Part shown: positions 60,712 through 64,000 of the stretch, one piece after another
Layout of the letters: every line of letters begins with the position of its first letter
Numbering within the stretch: position 1 is the first letter of the stretch
DNA from: Thermodesulfobacteriota bacterium
GTDB lineage: Bacteria; Desulfobacterota_D; UBA1144; Nemesobacterales; JAJCZQ01
Direction: 5' to 3'
Length of the DNA: 64,000 nucleotides
Assembly (NCBI GenBank): GCA_965215275.1
Contig: OZ244044.1
Coordinates: 1,696,001 to 1,760,000, forward strand
Notes under the pieces: generated by a model
What the model was told of the DNA's origin: nothing
The model's database searches: none
Seen by the model: only the letters and a program-made list of their open reading frames with translations
Program-made: the position numbers and the translations under genes

Positions 60712-61401
60712 TTAAATATTAGCACATTCCGTCAAAAAACTCTCAAATATCCGCTTTGACTGCTTGGTGTCTTCCAGTTCCGGGTGCCACTGGATCCCTA
60801 AAACGAACTGAGTTTTGTGCTCTATGCCTTCTATGACCCCATCGGGTGAAATGGCATTGATGATAAGCTTGTTCCCTAGTCTGTTCACTGCCTGATGATG
60901 GTAGCTTTTGACGTTAAACTCTTTGTCCTTCACTATGCCGTGCAGTCTTGACCCTTCCTGTATTTTAACAGGGTGTTCCGAACCTTTTTCATGGGTAAGG
61001 GAAGTTTCAATTAATGACTTTATATCCTGATACAGAGAACCTTGGAAGAAAACGTTTATAAGCTGCATACCACCGCATATACCCAGAACGGGCTTTTTAT
61101 TTTCCATAGCGATTTTCAGAGCAGCAAATTCGGTCTCTGTTCTTTCTTTGTTCATAGGATTTATCTTTGGATGAGGTTCCTGCTGGTAGTATTGAGGGTC
61201 CATGTCCCTTGAACCAGGTAAGAACAAACCGTCAGTTTTCTTAATTGTATCGGTAAGGTAAGAATACTGCCGTTCAACGGTCGGTATAAGAACGGGTAAT
61301 CCGCCGTATCTGACTATAGCCCTGGAATAATATTCTTCAATAGAATTGTGATCGTCCTTAAGGTCGGTTGTGATTCCGATAAGAGGCTTTGCCCTTTTCA
61401 T
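60712..61401 (-). CDS. Peptidase C26 / gamma-glutamyl-GABA hydrolase family amidotransferase
   Basis: LGICGGMQ, SYHHQ, QWHPE. Confidence 0.92.
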   Translation of the reverse strand: MKRAKPLIGITTDLKDDHNSIEEYYSRAIVRYGGLPVLIPTVERQYSYLTDTIKKTDGLFLPGSRDMDPQYYQQEPHPKINPMNKERTETEFAALKIAMENKKPVLGICGGMQLINVFFQGSLYQDIKSLIETSLTHEKGSEHPVKIQEGSRLHGIVKDKEFNVKSYHHQAVNRLGNKLIINAISPDGVIEGIEHKTQFVLGIQWHPELEDTKQSKRIFESFLTECANI

Positions 61402-61422
61402 AAGGTCAGGGGTCTATAGAGA

Positions 61423-62271
61423 TCAGGACATTCCCATGGATAAGTCTTCCAGCTTGCTGATCCTTTCTTCCGTTGGTGGGTGTGTGCTGAACAACCTGGC
61501 AAAACCTTTACCGACCAAGGGGTTTACGATCATCATGTGGGCGGTGCTGTCTGCCGTCTGCTCACTTACACTGGTAGGAGCTTTTCCCGATGCCCGCTCC
61601 AGTTTTCTCAGTGCTTCAGAAAGGTAAAGTGGGTTACCACAGATCTCCGCACCGCTTTTATCCGCCACGAACTCCCTTGTTCTTGATATGGCCATTCTTA
61701 TAAGGCTTGCAGCCAGGGGTGCAAGTATCATCATTGCAATAAGTGCAATCGGATTACCTCGTCCTCTGTCGCTTCCTCCTCCAAAGAACATTGCAAAATA
61801 TGCAAGGTAAGTAATTGCAGTGGAAATCGTAGCAGCGATACAGCCAATAAGAATATCCCTGTTTTTAATATGAGCTAGTTCATGGGCAATTACACCTTTG
61901 AGTTCGTTTCTGTTTAGCAGTCCCATTATTCCCTCAGTGAAGGCAACTGCTGAATGGTCTGTATCTCTGCCAGTTGCAAAAGCGTTGGGTGTCTGCTCTG
62001 GTATTATATAGACTTTTGGCATTGGAAGTCCTGCTTTTTGAGCAAGCTCCTGAACATCTCTATAAAGTTCAGGTTGTTCTGTATAGGTAACTTTTTGTGC
62101 ACCGTACATTTTCAAGACGATCTTATCACTCCACCAGTAGCTTGCGAAGTTCATCATCAAGGCAAATCCAAGTGCTATAATGGCTCCGTTCGGTCCGCCG
62201 ATATACCCGCCCATCCATATCAGGAGAGCAGATAAGGACGTGAGAAGTATTATGCTTTTTAATGTGTTCAT
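61423..62271 (-). CDS. htpX: Zinc metalloprotease HtpX
   Basis: PNAFATGR, HELAH, SRTRE, FSTHPP. Confidence 0.96.
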   Translation of the reverse strand: MNTLKSIILLTSLSALLIWMGGYIGGPNGAIIALGFALMMNFASYWWSDKIVLKMYGAQKVTYTEQPELYRDVQELAQKAGLPMPKVYIIPEQTPNAFATGRDTDHSAVAFTEGIMGLLNRNELKGVIAHELAHIKNRDILIGCIAATISTAITYLAYFAMFFGGGSDRGRGNPIALIAMMILAPLAASLIRMAISRTREFVADKSGAEICGNPLYLSEALRKLERASGKAPTSVSEQTADSTAHMMIVNPLVGKGFARLFSTHPPTEERISKLEDLSMGMS

Positions 62272-62487
62272 TGATTTCCCCTTTTGGTCATTAAATTAAC
62301 AAACTCTATACTCACATAATAATAACTACTTGGCGGAGGTCAATACAAATTTCTTGATATTGATAGTTCGTTGACCCGGCGGAAGTTTTTTATTAGTGTA
62401 GTAAGCGGATAAAGTATAAGGATCTGATTCGTTAACCAACACCCACTGTAAATCAGATCGGGAAGGTTGTTATAGAAGGAAATTAAT

Positions 62488-63093
62488 ATGCCTAAAGGGT
62501 TAAGGAAACTTGTAGAGAGTTATGTAAATAAACAAAAACACAAAGTTGTAGAGTTTTATCAGGATCATGTCGTTTATAGTATAAACAACAAAAGATCAAT
62601 GAATTGCTATAGAGGGGAAGAGGAATTTGTCAGGGCTTATCTTATCGCTAAACTTGTTAATGAATTAGATTACGACCCTGAGAAGATTGAGATAGAAGTT
62701 CAATATCAAATAGGAAGACCCAGTAGGTCGGCAGCAGAAGTTGATATTATAGCAAGAGATACTAAAGGTAATGCTTTTTTATTTATTGAAGTAAAAGCTC
62801 CATATACATACAAGAATGAAAGAGAAAAAGCAATAAAAGGACAGTTGTTTGATGTCGCATGGCACGAGTATAGAAATAATAAGGTTAAGTATTTAGTCTA
62901 TTACACTCTGGACTTTAGTAGTGGTTCACTTAAAGACGAATGTACAGTTATAGATTTTGAGAAGTTCAAAGACTACGATACATGGAATAAAAAAGGACAA
63001 GACTTTAGTAATGAAATACCAAAGATAGGTGGCAAGTCTAAAAAGAGACTTTATACAATATGTTTTCTTGTTATGATAATTCTAATCATATGA
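62488..63093 (+). CDS. HsdR-N-like PD-(D/E)xK restriction domain, probably truncated
   Basis: EEFVR, YDPEKIEIE, VDII, FIEVK; no methylase or helicase domain follows. Confidence 0.7.
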   Translation: MPKGLRKLVESYVNKQKHKVVEFYQDHVVYSINNKRSMNCYRGEEEFVRAYLIAKLVNELDYDPEKIEIEVQYQIGRPSRSAAEVDIIARDTKGNAFLFIEVKAPYTYKNEREKAIKGQLFDVAWHEYRNNKVKYLVYYTLDFSSGSLKDECTVIDFEKFKDYDTWNKKGQDFSNEIPKIGGKSKKRLYTICFLVMIILII

Positions 63094-63432
63094 TTATGGG
63101 TAGATGTCCTGTGCTTGGGTTAGATGTTTCAGATGCCAATATTGGTGGTAAAAAGATGTTGATCTTGTAGTTGATGAACTAAAAGAAGTTATAGATTGGT
63201 TTATTTCTGATGTTAAAGAATGTGGTGGAGTGTCTTATAGTCCGTTTTTAGATAAAGATATTAGAGCTTAATTGGATATAAACATATGAAAAAACAAAAA
63301 GATAACAAACAGAAAAAAGAAGACTTAGATATGAAGTGGCAAGTAATAAGTAAATAGATAAATAATTGTTTTATATATTTTAGTATATAATTCCCTAATC
63401 TCTTATCCAAAGGAACATTAGATAATTTCAAG

Positions 63433-64000
63433 ATGAGCATATCATACTCAAAAACCCATCAGATAATTGTGATTGGAGGCGGTCACGCGGGCTGTGAGGC
63501 GGCTTTGTCGGCGGCAAGGGTCGGATGCAGGACCTTAATGCTTACTGCAAATATAGATACTATAGGACTGATGTCCTGTAATCCCTCTATTGGAGGTATT
63601 GGAAAGGGACATCTGGTTAAGGAGATAGATGCTCTTGGTGGGGAGATGGGAAAAGCCGCGGACCACAGTGCGATCCAGTTCAGACGGCTTAATACACGAA
63701 AGGGTGCCGCCGTCCAGGCAACGCGTATCCAGGCGGACCGGCAGGCTTACAGAAGCTATATGAAGAAAGTCCTTGAACTGGAGAAGAACATTGATATCAA
63801 ACAAAGAATGGTAGATGAATTTATTACACAGGGAAGTTCGGTAATTGGCATAAAAACCAGTCTGGGTGAGGAATTCTTCGCCGATGCGGTAGTAGTGACC
63901 CCAGGAACGTTCCCAAATGGCCTGATCCACTTTGGTTTAAACCAGGTATCCTCGGGAAGAGCGGGTGAAGTTGCCGCAAAGAAGATCTCAGGTTCATTTA
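63433..64000 (+). CDS. mnmG: tRNA uridine-5-carboxymethylaminomethyl(34) synthesis enzyme, runs off the window end
   Basis: Hand translation IVIGGGHAGCEAA, MSCNPSIGGIGKG, EIDALGG, KGAAV. Confidence 0.96.
   Translation, partial: MSISYSKTHQIIVIGGGHAGCEAALSAARVGCRTLMLTANIDTIGLMSCNPSIGGIGKGHLVKEIDALGGEMGKAADHSAIQFRRLNTRKGAAVQATRIQADRQAYRSYMKKVLELEKNIDIKQRMVDEFITQGSSVIGIKTSLGEEFFADAVVVTPGTFPNGLIHFGLNQVSSGRAGEVAAKKISGSF

Noticed and set aside
63535..63930. Minus-strand 131-aa ORF
   Set aside because: Antisense shadow of mnmG, which the ORF track missed because it has no stop in the window
1..64000. CRISPR array associated with the TnpB genes
   Set aside because: No regularly spaced direct repeats with unique spacers were seen; the repeats found are coding repeats or TIRs

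Overview
Bacterial chromosomal window. Housekeeping blocks (priA-glnE, pyrE, murQ-anmK-nagZ, egtB-egtD, metG, holB-tmk-rluB, cofG-cofH, rhodanese-SufE-SufU, htpX, mnmG) alternate with visibly AT-rich accessory islands. The gene content and TPR/Ig-repeat proteins suggest a host-associated bacterium, possibly Dadabacteria-like, but that is a guess. The main observation is a tnpB gene carried in a 1.3-kb element with perfect 24-bp terminal inverted repeats and an 8-bp target-site duplication. These are DDE/IS1595-type ends rather than IS200/IS605 ends. Two more tnpB 3' ends finish in the same end motif, and a decayed IS1595 with a near-identical end lies in the window. Also notable: two paralogous kexin-like surface proteins that have lost every catalytic residue and are frameshifted at a poly-C tract; a methyltransferase/GHKL-histidine kinase/receiver operon; a DUF488 two-gene island beside tRNA-Pro; a triplicated membrane-protein array; and several other candidate defence modules. 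All calls come from reading motifs by eye; no database searches were run.
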